From Eledone cirrhosa (lineage: Eukaryota), in contig OZ024742.1 in NCBI GenBank assembly GCA_964016885.1, positions 181,970,001-182,034,000 of the forward strand: 64,000 nucleotides of DNA, given 5' to 3'. The translations under genes and the position numbers were made by a program. Position 1 is the first letter of the stretch. Each line of letters opens with the position of its first letter. Positions 27,001-38,509 of the stretch are shown in pieces. The notes beneath the pieces were generated by a model. The model saw only the letters and a program-made list of their open reading frames with translations, was not told the origin of the DNA and searched no databases.

Positions 27001-27431
27001 TCTAGGATTCCATTCCAGTCCCCCACTAAAAGCAGGGAACGCGACGTTCCTAGAAAAGTCTCCAGACGTTGGAAGAAGTCGGCTCTTTCCGCCCCGAAGG
27101 GAGCATAAAGACCGACCAGTCTGAAAGCCCCGCCTTCACCACCTCCGACGTCCAGCACCAGTAATCGACCCCCCGGGTCCGAGTGAACAATCTGTACGTC
27201 GAGAGTCAGACGTTTATCCAGCAGTACGGCAACTCCCCCCCCGCCTCCGGGTTGACAGAGAGATGCGTGCATCTCAAAGTCATCGAAGGCGGGCGCCAGC
27301 TGTCTCACGCTGCTGATCCGACTCTCGCAAACAACCATCACATCTATACTTTGTGACCTGAGGTCACTGAGAAGCTTTGCTTGCTTCCAAGCTGAGCTCA
27401 GGCCACGCGCGTTCAAACAGCCAACTCTCAA
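24003..27431 (-). CDS. LINE ORF2: APE endonuclease, reverse transcriptase and C-terminal zinc-binding domain (1142 aa)
   Basis: CLNARGL, CES, VGDWN, SYLDRF, SDHK; KSPGLDG, NFRPITLLN, LDQSKAFDRVDH, RQGCPLS, AYADDV, LLGVWFG; CPRC..ETVAHALVHC; uninterrupted but begins at TTG. Confidence 0.95.
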   Translation of the reverse strand: MRVGCLNARGLSSAWKQAKLLSDLRSQSIDVMVVCESRISSVRQLAPAFDDFEMHASLCQPGGGGGVAVLLDKRLTLDVQIVHSDPGGRLLVLDVGGGEGGAFRLVGLYAPFGAERADFFQRLETFLGTSRSLLLVGDWNGILDARWDYAGACPDRGGCSSLKGLLDRFDLVDRFRLDCPTAPTWTWANRSGQSRSYLDRFLVRSKDRDVFSCPELIMVGYSDHKLVTCVVNLDRTHRQGPGYWKMNLSLPTKKDYRNRISSLVKMRLTGAIVNSRWWISLKREIRVSSIGYSKELAANRNRRERELTDKLEEAIRSGDVARVLATRTALSQFFDAKHEGCVVRSKIRALGNEGTKAVSWARVTEAKSGIKSTIRSLRDQDGLVILEPERMCETFQRHFARLFGGGGGPDGDVDFGPYLDGLPRLSSGEAECCEGPITATEIGEALSQCSRRKSPGLDGLPYELYLAMPVLFSELLEAVYCNWQQNGRIPCSVTKGVVTLVRKDESKGDDLSNFRPITLLNAELQILAKVLAKRLALVVGGLVGDAQTCAIPSRSIHDNLHLMRYIIERVGYEPGFGGALINLDQSKAFDRVDHGYLDAVLAAAGFGPVFRGWISAMHSGNIYSRIKVNGYLSEPFQITRSIRQGCPLSSLLYVLTLEPLLRKLELLRGIPLEPGLHKAVSAYADDVTVMVADASEIGAIATLLEEYERLTGAKLNQDKSVGLQLGTWRGKPMPLDGVVGRWTEGPVKLLGVWFGPDLQVEKNWGEVTSRVFALTQKWAKCKLSLKGRAEVTNAYIASVIYYRLTVVPCPKEKLTIMERMLFQFLWKKRPPMVRRSICCQHPSKGGLGMPWLLMRRHALRLRHLQVFLNGQPVWAPFVRRAFPQLVSLTELQSWVKQRPRKLGNWHTECAQALTAIWQADPTVSGESTSTFYRGLVASRGDDTLGESLGMEEDELASLFGRTFGPGPMDNFQRSLAWQCYRGALPVREKLYRHGRPGRDPAKKICPRCVRDEETVAHALVHCPGVADLWGYVERLLSRVAPIRLTAESVVNIKPPPPFRNEAEAVFLCVIAMMKEVVWWTRLKGLRSGDFLSGHHLVYFFRYHFGRRIRMEREVLGPRQFYERWVKEARMARVNGPSLYIVL

Positions 27432-27436
27432 TTGAT

Positions 27437-29273
27437 CTATTTTGGTGTTGAAAGTGAAGAAAGAAAAGCACTTACCTCTCCGGGTTGCGTAATTTCCATG
27501 GCATCAGGTGTGTTGGGTGGAGGGATGTTTTGTGGTGGTGTGGGGGTACACGTGTGTGGTGGGGTTGGGGTATTTGGAGTTGTGTCAGGGAGAGGGGCGG
27601 TTATGGGGAAATCTTTCAAGAGGACGCGATTCAACGGTTTTAAACAGGGGAGGGCTCACGTCCCGTCTAAATTGTTCTTTTAAGGAACGATAAAGGTCCA
27701 GAGGGACCTTTATCATTTTTAAATGGGTGAAGTTCTCTGTTGAGATAAAGTTTGGCCCTTCGGTCTGCACCATAGGGTTATTGTTTATTAATTTAACCAG
27801 TTTTTTGTTTTCTTTATTTATATATGTGTATTGCAACGTCTTTTTTTGTGATGCTGTCAATGTTTCGGAGAGGGGAGGCGCAGATTTATTTTTGTTTGTT
27901 GAGGGTGGGGTGTTTTTGATTGGAGTTGGTGTTTGTGTGTGGGTTATTTGTGGTGTGCTGGGTGTGTGTTTTCTTTTTTTTCTTTTAACTTGTCTGAAGG
28001 CTTCTCCTCCTTCTTCTTCAGAAGTTGGGGGAAACTCTTCAGCGCTAGGTGGGAGGGACGTGTTGTGTGGTTGTTTTTTTTTTGCGGGAGGGGTAGATTT
28101 GTTACAGTTTTTTTTATTATTTGTTTGGAATGGGTTTTGTGGTGGTGGTGGTGGTAATGTTTGTGTCGTGCTTGTGGTTGGTGATGGTGGTGGTGATGTT
28201 TGTGTTGTGGTTGGTGGTGGTGATTTTTGTGTCGTGCTTGTGTTTGGTGCTGATGGTGGTGATGTTTGTGTTGTGTTTGTGGTTGGTGGTGTCTGTATTT
28301 TGTTTGCTGTGTGTGGTATTAGTGTATTTTTGGAGGTGGGTGGTGCTGGTGTACTGTTTGTGGTGGGTGTGGGCAATAGTCCTTTTTGGGGGATACGTTT
28401 CGGGCAGTTAGCCTTAACGTGTCCCCTTTCCATGCATAAATAGCATGCTGGTCTTCTCCCCTCTACAATTATGTCTATTGGGGTAAGGTCATCCAGCCAG
28501 ATGCGATCCGGGATTTGTGCTATTCTTTCGGGCCTCATTTGGACTAGTATGTCGAGGCCCATTCCCAGGAACGCATCTCCAGTTGCCTTCCCCATTGACA
28601 GCATAGTGTCTTCGCCCATATCAATGAAGCCAGCAATAGCCCACCAGAAGTCCATTGTGGGCAGCATTGTTTTTACTTTTACTCTCTGTGTTCTTCTACC
28701 CATGTAGGAGGGATAGAAGCTATATGTTGTCGACGAGAGTGGGCTTAGGGAAAGCTTCTCCGCTGTTTCTTTGTCTCTTGTTAGGACCGAAATGCTGCCA
28801 TAGAGTCGGTCCTTTCGTATGAAGAGAATATTCTTCATATAGTCTTTTAGGACTAACTCTATTTCCATTTGGCTGGGCTGTGCTGGCTTTCTTGTCTGGT
28901 TCAGTATAGTTCTGTATATAACTGTGTTTTCTGCTCTGGCTTTCTTGAATTCTGGGGGGGAGTTAATGGAAAACATTCCGTTCTCCCCCAAAACAATATG
29001 TTTCTTTGCTTCGGCCAGTTTTTCTCTGGCGGCAGTTAGGTCAATTGGTGTGTATGTAATGGATTGCTTTGTTTTCTGGGCGAAAGTTGCCCTGTCGTTA
29101 TTTGTATTATTTTCTGTTTGTTTGTTTTCTGTTTGCTCATTTTCCTTAACATTTGTTTTTTCATTTTGTTTGTTTGTTTCAATGTCTAATTTTGTTGTAA
29201 TTATTTTTTGTTCTTCAGACTTGGGGGGCGTGGCAGAGCTAATGGCAGACATTTCTGCCATCTTTTCCGCCAT
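27437..29273 (-). CDS. LINE ORF1 (gag-like, CCHC zinc knuckle, Pro/Thr-rich), probable frameshift near 27640
   Basis: First ATG at 29273; CYLCMERGHVKANC knuckle; main frame stops at 27585 while a second frame continues the Pro/Thr-rich sequence to 27437. Confidence 0.75.
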
Positions 29274-29481
29274 GCTGCCAAGAAAGAAATTTTTCGGCAA
29301 AAATAGATATTTATTTTACCCCCTAAAAAGGGGGTAAATGCAAAAATGTTTCCCTAAATAACAGGGGTTAGTGTTCCAAATGTGTTGCACTAAAAAATTT
29401 ATCCGGTACTTACAATAGTAAGGGTAAATCCCGATGGAATAGCGGAGCCGATGCGAAGCGTGTCTTACTCTATCAAGATAG

Positions 29482-29513
<32 letters not shown>

Positions 29514-29544
29514 TGAGGGGGGGGGGGAGAATAAGGAGCAGATA

Positions 29545-29829
29545 TTGCAGAGTAGCCTGGAGTTCAACGGCCCTCAACTCTTCAACAAGCTGCCAAGAAA
29601 TGTGAGAGATATGCATGGTGTGGACGTGGATGTTTTTAAGAAACATCTTGACTTCCTGCTATCCAGAATCCCGGATGAGTCCACGCCACGGTATGAAGGT
29701 AACCTAACGACAGCAGCGACGAACTCCCTCTTACACCAATGGCCAGCCAACATAGACTGGAAATAGAATGTGTAGCAACAAGCGCGGTGCCCCATCATAG
29801 GCTCAGCCGAGTAAAAAGAGTAAAAGAGT

Positions 29830-29832
<3 letters not shown>
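29545..29832 (+). mobile_element. 3' fragment of a CR1/L2-group LINE
   Basis: SLEFNGPQLFNKLPRNVR..VDVFKKHLDFLLSRIPDE..AATNSLLHQ, an RT-distal motif; tail of gagtaaaa repeats. Confidence 0.7.
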
Positions 29833-29886
<54 letters not shown>

Positions 29887-30053
29887 GTCAACACTCATCT
29901 TTTTCCATTTCTCCGAGGGTTATAAACCCCACTATCAGGCTAGAAATTTCTTTAGTCTAAAATACGGTGAAAGCTTATAATTTCTAATTTCTAATTTCAA
30001 ACTCGCGCACCGTTTCAAAAACATACTTACATGTTTACGTTTATAATTTGCTT

Positions 30054-30118
<65 letters not shown>

Positions 30119-31000
30119 TCCCTTCTTCCTCCCGTTAGACCTGTACGGAATTCCTTCCTTGCTTACATTCCAACCAGGTTTGTTGGTCTTTATTCTCTCT
30201 CGTTCACGATTTCACCGAATTTAAATTCATAGAAATTTGGGACTTGACTTCTTCTTCCTCACTTTTCGTTGCTCACCATTTTTGTTGTTTACACTCTTGT
30301 CCCCTTTATTTACGTGTCCTAACGACTTTTTTTAGCCGTTGCTCGCACCAACCGGAGGTATATGGTCTTTAAAGCGATGAAATACCAATGATGGTTGGAA
30401 GATCACTGATGAAGGACTAACTTTATTCATATGTAACCCATTAGCAACGCCGCAGCACGTTTATTTTCATATATATATATACATATATATGTGTGTGTAT
30501 GTGTAGAAGGTAAACAGAAATAACAAAGCAAATGAAACATATAAGTTTAACTCTTTGGCATCTAAACCGGCAGTATCCGGCCAGAATTCCCTCACCTTTT
30601 TCTATTTAAACCCGTTGTAACTGCCGCCCATATGTGTATGTGTGTGTTTATGTGAATATACATATACATACAGATATATGTGTGTGTGTATATAATTATA
30701 TATACATATATATATGTCGGTGTCTGTGGTCTATATGCACTGGTCACAGGCACACACACACACACACACATATATATATACACACACACACATTTATATA
30801 TACACACAAATTTAGAAACCCTTCCTATTTTGCAGGAAATATTCGCTACACACAACCTGTCCTAACACCAGTTATATGATAGATACGACTTAATATTCAG
30901 TCACATAATTCGATCTAGATACAATAATGCTATATTCGATTGTTTGAAGTCACCTGTTATAATTGCATTCAACAACATCACCGATTCTCTCTCTATGCCA

Positions 31001-31108
31001 TTCTTCTTCTTCTTCTTCTTCTTCTTCTTCTTCTTCTTCTTCTTCTTCTTCTTCTTCTTCTTCTTCTTCTTCTTCTTCTTCTTCTTCTTCTTCTTCTTCT
31101 TCTTCTTC
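31001..31108. repeat. (TTC)36 microsatellite
   Basis: Perfect trinucleotide run. Confidence 0.95.
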
Positions 31109-31448
31109 TCTCACAACCACTATCTCTTTCCCTCTAGTTTTTTTCTCTCTCTATTAATAAAGGTACCCGGAAAACCGCGTATCTTGGGAACACGTACTCC
31201 GATTTACGTGAAACTTGTTTTATTCCATTTGTATTCCCATTTCAGGGCCAACTTCCTGTCAAAGTATTTTCCGCTTATGCACCATTACCATTTTGGCTGT
31301 ATCAAATTACAGGCAAGCACACAATCACAGAGTTTTAGTAGTATACTAGATAGATAATTATGTGTAGCAAAGCCATTACCATGGGAAAATATAATTGTAA
31401 ACACACAGTAATGTATGTTAACGCTTGAAATAGCAGGACGAAAAAGAG

Positions 31449-31484
31449 TCTTAATGTTTCGGGCACTCGCCCTTCACCAGAAAG
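31449..31484 (-). ncRNA. Degenerate minimal hammerhead remnant (related remnants at ~56293-56328 plus and ~56561-56598 minus)
   Basis: Minus strand: tcttt CTGGTGA agggc-gagt-gccc GAAA catt aaga; core A6 mutated. Confidence 0.4.
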
Positions 31485-31804
31485 AAAAGAGTGAGAAGAG
31501 AAATATATATATTTCTCTTCTTTATATATTTCTCTATATATTCTCTTCTATATATATTTTTCTCGTTGGTTATATCTCTCCCAAGTCATATAAGTATGTT
31601 CCCAAGAGTTTTACTCATATATTTAATTGAGCAATTAACATTGTAAAACGAATTCGTACTCAACTATATATAAAGCACGTACCAAGAGGAAAGCACACAC
31701 GTAATCAAAAATGTATAATATACATTAATACAATTAATACATACATAGTCATATACGTTCATACAAGTTTACATACATATGTACACACATAGACGCATGC
31801 ATAC

Positions 31805-31835
<31 letters not shown>

Positions 31836-31919
31836 CATACATACATACATACATACATACATACATACATACATACATACATACACGGATGCTTACTTGC
31901 AGACATACATATACAAGCG

Positions 31920-31953
<34 letters not shown>

Positions 31954-32072
31954 CATATATGTAGATAAATCTACCAAAAGTTTACGGTAGTGTCCAATCC
32001 GTATGAAGAACTCAACTTTAATCTGTTATTTTAATAAATATATATATATATATATGACTCAATACGTTAAAT

Positions 32073-32143
<71 letters not shown>

Positions 32144-32261
32144 AATATAAATTAGCGAGAATCGTTTTCAGCTCAGGAATTAACGAAAATCAACGTCCGA
32201 TATGTGTGGCAAGCGCTCGATGAATCATATGAATCAGAGCTACAACATACGTTAAGGGCCA

Positions 32262-32324
<63 letters not shown>

Positions 32325-32373
32325 TAATAAAATAATGAATAAACAAAGAAACAGTTCCTTATATTAAAAAAAT

Positions 32374-32515
32374 TCATCATTTTACGATCGTTTCTAGGAT
32401 ATATATGTGTTAGAGTTGGTATGCATATTTTATAGATCTATGTACAATATTTATACAAACTATCAGAGGGAATATTCATACCTACACATATATATGCTGT
32501 CTTCAGAAATAATGA
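32374..32515 (-). ncRNA. Type I hammerhead motif with a 105-nt stem II insert
   Basis: Minus strand: tcattattt CTGAAGA [atatatatgtgt...acacatatatat] GAAA C-GATC-G TA aaatgatga; 9-bp stem I with one G-U pair. Confidence 0.75.
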
Positions 32516-33152
32516 TATTTGTTTATTGAAAAAAAACAAAGATTCAATACAATAGGTCTGTTTGGGAACAGGTTTTGAATTGACCAATAGAGAGATAGTG
32601 AGGGTCAAGATAGTAATATAGTAGTAGAAGAACCTTAAATTATGGGTAGAGGAAGGTAGATTTCAGTTTTGGATGGAAAAGAATATTATGAATGAAGGAT
32701 TATGTTAGGGAAGAAAACAGGTCGTATGTTGATCTCAGAAATAATTATATTTGTTCATTGAATAAAACCAACAAAGATCTAATATATTCTGTCTGTTTGG
32801 TAAGAGGTTTAGAATTAACCAACAGAAAGTTAATAATTGGCCAAATGGTAAAATAGTAGTAATTGAAGCTTATTTTAGGGGTGAAAATAGGTCAGGTGGT
32901 CAGTAAAAGGTATACAAGCAGTTACTGTTATAAAATAGTAATTCCAATGCAAATATCTAAGGAGACTAAAGTTTTACGATAAGAGTGTTAGTGAAAAAAA
33001 TACATCTATGAAAAGAATATAAATTAATTTAATTGATGGGTATATTTATATTGATAAAATTATACTAATACATATAGATATGATAAATAAGAGTTAGATG
33101 CAGTTGAAAAGTGCTGTTAAAGATGAGGGGAAATTAAAAGAATATAAAAATA

Positions 33153-33253
<101 letters not shown>

Positions 33254-33288
33254 GATACACACACACATATACACACATATATATATAT

Positions 33289-33342
<54 letters not shown>

Positions 33343-33736
33343 GCATATATACATACATATATATATACACACACATACACACTTACCTATACATGTAATT
33401 ATTGGGAGGGGGGGAATTTAATTTTATTAGTGAGAAATAATAAATATATATAGATTTCAAGGAACATAGTCATAACCTGAAGTTAAAGCATTATATATGT
33501 TTACTTAATGGTATCAGTTTTAGGAAATGATAGTTGCAAGAAGGAAAGCAAAATTATGTAGTTCATCAGTAGTAGAAATTATAGGTTAACTAAATTCAAA
33601 ACAGTTTATATATTAATTTCTAAAGTGTATATTAATTAGGTTTATAATATTTAAAGGTTTTTCACAGTTTATGATTACACGATATTATTAATTCCTGTCG
33701 CTTATTTAATAGTATATCCTATTAAATAAACGACAG

Positions 33737-33833
<97 letters not shown>

Positions 33834-34080
33834 ATATATTACTTAACGTATTGAGTCATATATATATATATATATATATTTATTAAAATAACAGATTAAA
33901 GTTTAAGCAAAGAATCGCTGCTTTCACCCTTCACGGGATTTTCTGAAACTAAAAAAATCAATCTGTGAACGCAGAAGTAAATATTTCAAAAAACGTTGCT
34001 CTACGGTTCTTATATATTCGATATATATTTATCCTTATCGAGCCCTCTTTGGATTTTAGTCTTTAAATTTATTATTATTG

Positions 34081-34114
<34 letters not shown>

Positions 34115-34376
34115 GAAAAGTATAGAAATTATTGTAGCAAGAATCATATGATTCCAGTTCCTCAGAGAAATAACAACCCAACCAGGAGCTGGACATATCG
34201 GAGTATTGAGGGAGTAAAACACTTTAACAACATGTGTACCTATCTCTACAACACCAATTCGGACTGCCTGAATGGCTGCCACCGAAATACTGCCAATGAT
34301 GGCTGCCACCGAAATATATATAACAGTTCATCTTTAATAATCGAAGCCAAATTTTAAATATTTGACTTAATTACTT

Positions 34377-34475
<99 letters not shown>

Positions 34476-34757
34476 TCTATAACAATTGGGAATTATTCCA
34501 GCGTTGGTAGTGTTTGAAATTTGAAAATGAGAGGGTCCCAAACGCCACGCATAAATTAACTGAATTAACAGTGGATTACTATAGATAATGTTTGATAAAA
34601 TTGGCAATATTACACGCAGTGTAGCAAAAGACACCTCTCTCCAATTTTCCAGCCTCTAATCATAAGGTTTCCAGTTTTCTAAAATATTACCTATAGTGAA
34701 CGACTATTAATTTAATTATTTTCTGTGGTTGGGACTCTCACATTTGAAAATGTTCAA

Positions 34758-34788
<31 letters not shown>

Positions 34789-34816
34789 TAATTGTTTCTA
34801 CTTTAGGCAATTACCC

Positions 34817-36765
34817 AGGCTGGATTTGTGTAAATCCTTGAAAGGTTTATTATACTATGATCATTTCAATGACCGGGTTCCGTATGAATCCGGTGATATC
34901 ATCAGGTATTCGAAATATAATACGTGAATGTAATAGGTAAAATCCATGGGGCTGAAAATCGAGACCCGAGGGCGACCGCTATTCTGTTCCTTCAACCTCA
35001 GCCGGTCGCCCTGGAGTGACGTGGCTAAATTTTATAGTATGCTACTACCGGTCAGATGAACGAAAACAGAAAGAGATGGGAGCATAGGTTAACGTCGATC
35101 CCATGACACAAGGTAAAAGAAAGAAAGAAAGGAAGGAGAAGAAGGGGGAAGAAAGAAGAAGAGAAGTCAGGGTTAATGTCAGCTAAAAGAGGAAGGTAAC
35201 TACTACTGGTCAGATATAGGCAAGCAAGAGGGGGAAGGAAGATAAGTCTGCAGGGAGGAGGAGAGGAGAGAAGGAAGGGAAGAGAGAAGTAGAAAAGTAA
35301 GGGTTGATGGCTACAAGAAGGAAGATAGAAAGGAAGAGGGAGAAAGGTCGATATTAATGTCAGACCACAGTCTAGCCAGGAGTGGCGCGAGAAAATTTTC
35401 ACAGGGACCCGCATCTTAGCTCGTTCGTTAATTTTTTAACTTCATCCTATAAGTCTAAACATTGTAACACACTGACCCCCAATATATTCACCTCTGCTAA
35501 GATGCGAGTCCCTGTGAAAATTTTGTCGCGCCACTCCTGGCCCGACTGTGGTGTGACATTAATATCGACCTTCCTTCCTCTCTCTTTCTATCTTCCTTCT
35601 TGTAGCTATCAACCATTACTCTTTTACTTCTCTAAGCTAAATTTTAAAGTTCCAACTTTCTGTCGGACTGTTGGGTGGGTTTTAATGGCGGCGCGACCGG
35701 CTCCGTGGCGAACGAGCTCACCTAGAGTGCTTGGAAAAATAAATTTCCCCTTCTTTCAGTAAATGAAAATACTCGGCGAGGCTGAATTCGCCATGGGGCC
35801 CGGGGCGCGGCCGTTGTTTTAACCGCCAAATAGTACCTGTAAATTACAGAACAAATCGGAACTATTATATAATTAATTGTTAAACTGTTGAACTTTAAAT
35901 TTTCTAACCTCTTTAATATTGAATATTGATTATTAAATGTTTTTAACTTCATCCTAGAAGTCTAAACACTGTAAAACACTGACTCCCAATATATCCGTCT
36001 CCGCTAAGATGCGGGTCCCTGTGAAAATTTTCTCGCGCCACCCCTGGCTTGGCTGTGGTCTGACATTAATATCGACCTTTCTCCCTCTTCCTTTCTATCT
36101 TCCTTCTTGTAGCCATCAACCCTTACTTTTCTACTTCTCTCTTCCCTTCCTTCTCTCCTCTCCTCCTTCCTGCAGACTTATCTTCCTTCCCCCTCTTGCT
36201 TGCCTATATCTGACCAGTAGTAGTTACCTTCCTCTTTTAGCTGACATTAACCCTGACTTCTCTTCTTCTTTCTTCCCCCTTCTTCTCCTTCCTTTCTTTC
36301 TTTCTTTTACCTTGTGTCATGGGATCGACGTTAACCTATGCTCCCATCTCTTTCTGTTTTCGTTCATCTGACCGGTAGTAGCATACTATAAAATTTAGCC
36401 ACGTCACTCCAGGGCGACCGGCTGAGGTTGAAGGAACAGAATAGCGGTCGCCCTCGGGTCTCGATTTTCAGCCCCATGGATTTTACCTATTACATTCACG
36501 TATTATATTTCGAATACCTGATGATATCACCGGATTCATACGGAACCCGGTCATTGAAATGATCATAGTATAATAAACCTTTCAAGGATTTACACAAATC
36601 CAGCCTCCTGTCATTTCATTATAATATTTAACTCCGTAATAGCACCACCAACTACAAAAACAAAGACGGTTGAACTGCTTTACGTTGAGTACTCTCTATA
36701 TTATTGCATTACGATTGACCATACGGAATAGACCAGCTCTATACAGTGGTGAACCTCAAACCTGA

Positions 36766-36770
<5 letters not shown>
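34817..36770. mobile_element. Large non-coding palindromic HHR element with one-sided tail
   Basis: 604-bp near-identical inverted arms 34817-35420 / 36003-36606; spacer holds a third diverged partial copy (~35435-35633); tail 36607-36770 ends in (TA)n. Confidence 0.85.
36514..36571 (+). ncRNA. Minimal type I hammerhead motif (mirror copy on minus strand at 34852-34909)
   Basis: atac CTGATGA tatc-accgg-attcatacggaac-ccggt-catt GAAA T-GATC-A TA gtat. Confidence 0.8.
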
Positions 36771-36815
<45 letters not shown>

Positions 36816-37128
36816 CAACATTTGCAAAACTCCCTGGTCATCAGCCGTCCAATTGGAGGTACACAATTTCGACTCCTACAGGTGGAACTGCTTGTCTATC
36901 CTGAGTCACAGAAACTGAAAAAGTAAGCAAACACCGTATTCAGACGAACATATAGCTTATGTGTATAGAATTAAATGTACGATATCTAAGTCTTACAAGA
37001 TGCGACGAAAAGGGTCAGTTTTACCTAGAGACGAAAACACACATATAAAGTAACGTGGAACGAGGAAAATATTGGCTGGAATTAACCGTCACTACTAGAT
37101 GGTGTGGAAGACAATAGAACGAGACTTA

Positions 37129-37341
37129 TGGTTAAGGTTAGGGTTAGGGTTAGAGGTATAGTTGGTGTTAGGGTTAGGGTTAGAGTTAAGGTTAGGATTA
37201 GGTTTAGAGTTAGGATTAGGTTTGGGTTAAGGTTAGGGCTAGATTTAGGGTTAGGTTAGGGTTGAGTTATAGTTATGGTTAGGGTAAGTGTTTGGGTTTG
37301 TGTTAGGTTTAAGTTAGTGTTACGGTTAAGGTTAGGATTAG
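37129..37341 (+). repeat. Degenerate interstitial (TTAGGG)n-like tract
   Basis: About 35 imperfect hexamers of the ttaggg/ttagga/ttagag type. Confidence 0.8.
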
Positions 37342-37836
37342 AAGATGTGGTCGTGGTAAATAGGCAATATAATAATAGAAGAGGATGGGAAGCTGTGTGC
37401 GTTACAGATAATATTGCAGTATTGGCAACAAGTACAAAACTCTGTGATCGAAATGGATGTACACAGTTTTGAAAACGCATGCTAACTATAAAATATTTGA
37501 ATAAATTGGGGGAATAGACCATGAAAAGAGAAACCAAATGAGCATGTGGTTATATTTTATCAAAGATTTAGGTGATGCTGTGACACGGATGTGTGATCTA
37601 TAGTCGATATTATCGATCCCAATACGTATTTTACTGACTGGCATTTATTTTATCCCCTTCAGCGGGATGACAACTGAAGTACACTTAGGTGAGATTTGAA
37701 ATCAGATGAGAAAGGCATAGAACTGAATATCAAAATATATTTGTCAGACTCTCTACCGCTTCTGCTATATAACTATTAATATATTTTCATTTTATAATAC
37801 TGCTCGCTTCCAATAGAAAATTATATTTAAAATTTC

Positions 37837-38109
37837 ATGATGATGATGGTGATAATGATTATGATGATGATGATGGTTGTGGTGGTGGTGGTGGTGGTGG
37901 GGATTATAATGACGAGGAGGATGATGATAATGATGGTAACGATGGTGATGATTATGGCAATACTTATGATGATGATGATGATGATGATGGTGGCAGTGGT
38001 GGTGGTGGTGGTGGTGGTGGATGATAGTGACGAGTATGATAACAAACGGAGATGGTTGTGATGAACAATGGTGAATATGATGATCATGATGATGGGGATG
38101 GCAATGATG

Positions 38110-38169
<60 letters not shown>

Positions 38170-38170
38170 G
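37837..38170. repeat. Compound (GAT)n/(GGT)n microsatellite
   Basis: Directly visible. Confidence 0.9.
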
Positions 38171-38509
38171 TTACTCGTATTATACACAACAGAACAAGGA
38201 ATTAGAAGAGAAGAGGTGATGAAATATGAAAGGAATTGTTGATATCGTTTTAATTGTGCTCCTCCCTTCCTCCACCCACTAACGATACATTGTAAGCTTT
38301 TCGTTCGTGAGAAATACTATTAGCAGAATTACGTGTGCGTGCTTAATTAACTAAATTAATTAAATCACAATCAATACCTAACAACTAACAAATCAATAAG
38401 ATGAAAACCGACAACAGCGTTGCTAGCGGTCTGGCTAATTAGTCGCTCCAGACAGTTTCTACAGAATATATTCTGAATACAACTGGTTATCGCCAACTTT
38501 ATAGCATGT

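Larger units (their letters stand above)
23773..29476 (-). mobile_element. Full-length L1/Tx1-type non-LTR retrotransposon
   Basis: ORF1 and ORF2 on the minus strand, AATAAA near the 3' end, (GATA)n on both sides (23753-23772 and 29477-29500). Confidence 0.9.

Noticed and set aside
24250-29337. Antisense and alternate-frame ORFs overlapping the LINE
   Set aside because: Shadow ORFs of GC-rich or low-complexity coding sequence.
35052-36371. Twin 120-aa ORFs on opposite strands
   Set aside because: They result from the inverted repeat and a pyrimidine-rich tract; low-complexity L/F/S/P sequence with no domain.
37129-37341. True telomere or chromosome-fusion scar
   Set aside because: Short, degenerate, single orientation, and no head-to-head junction.
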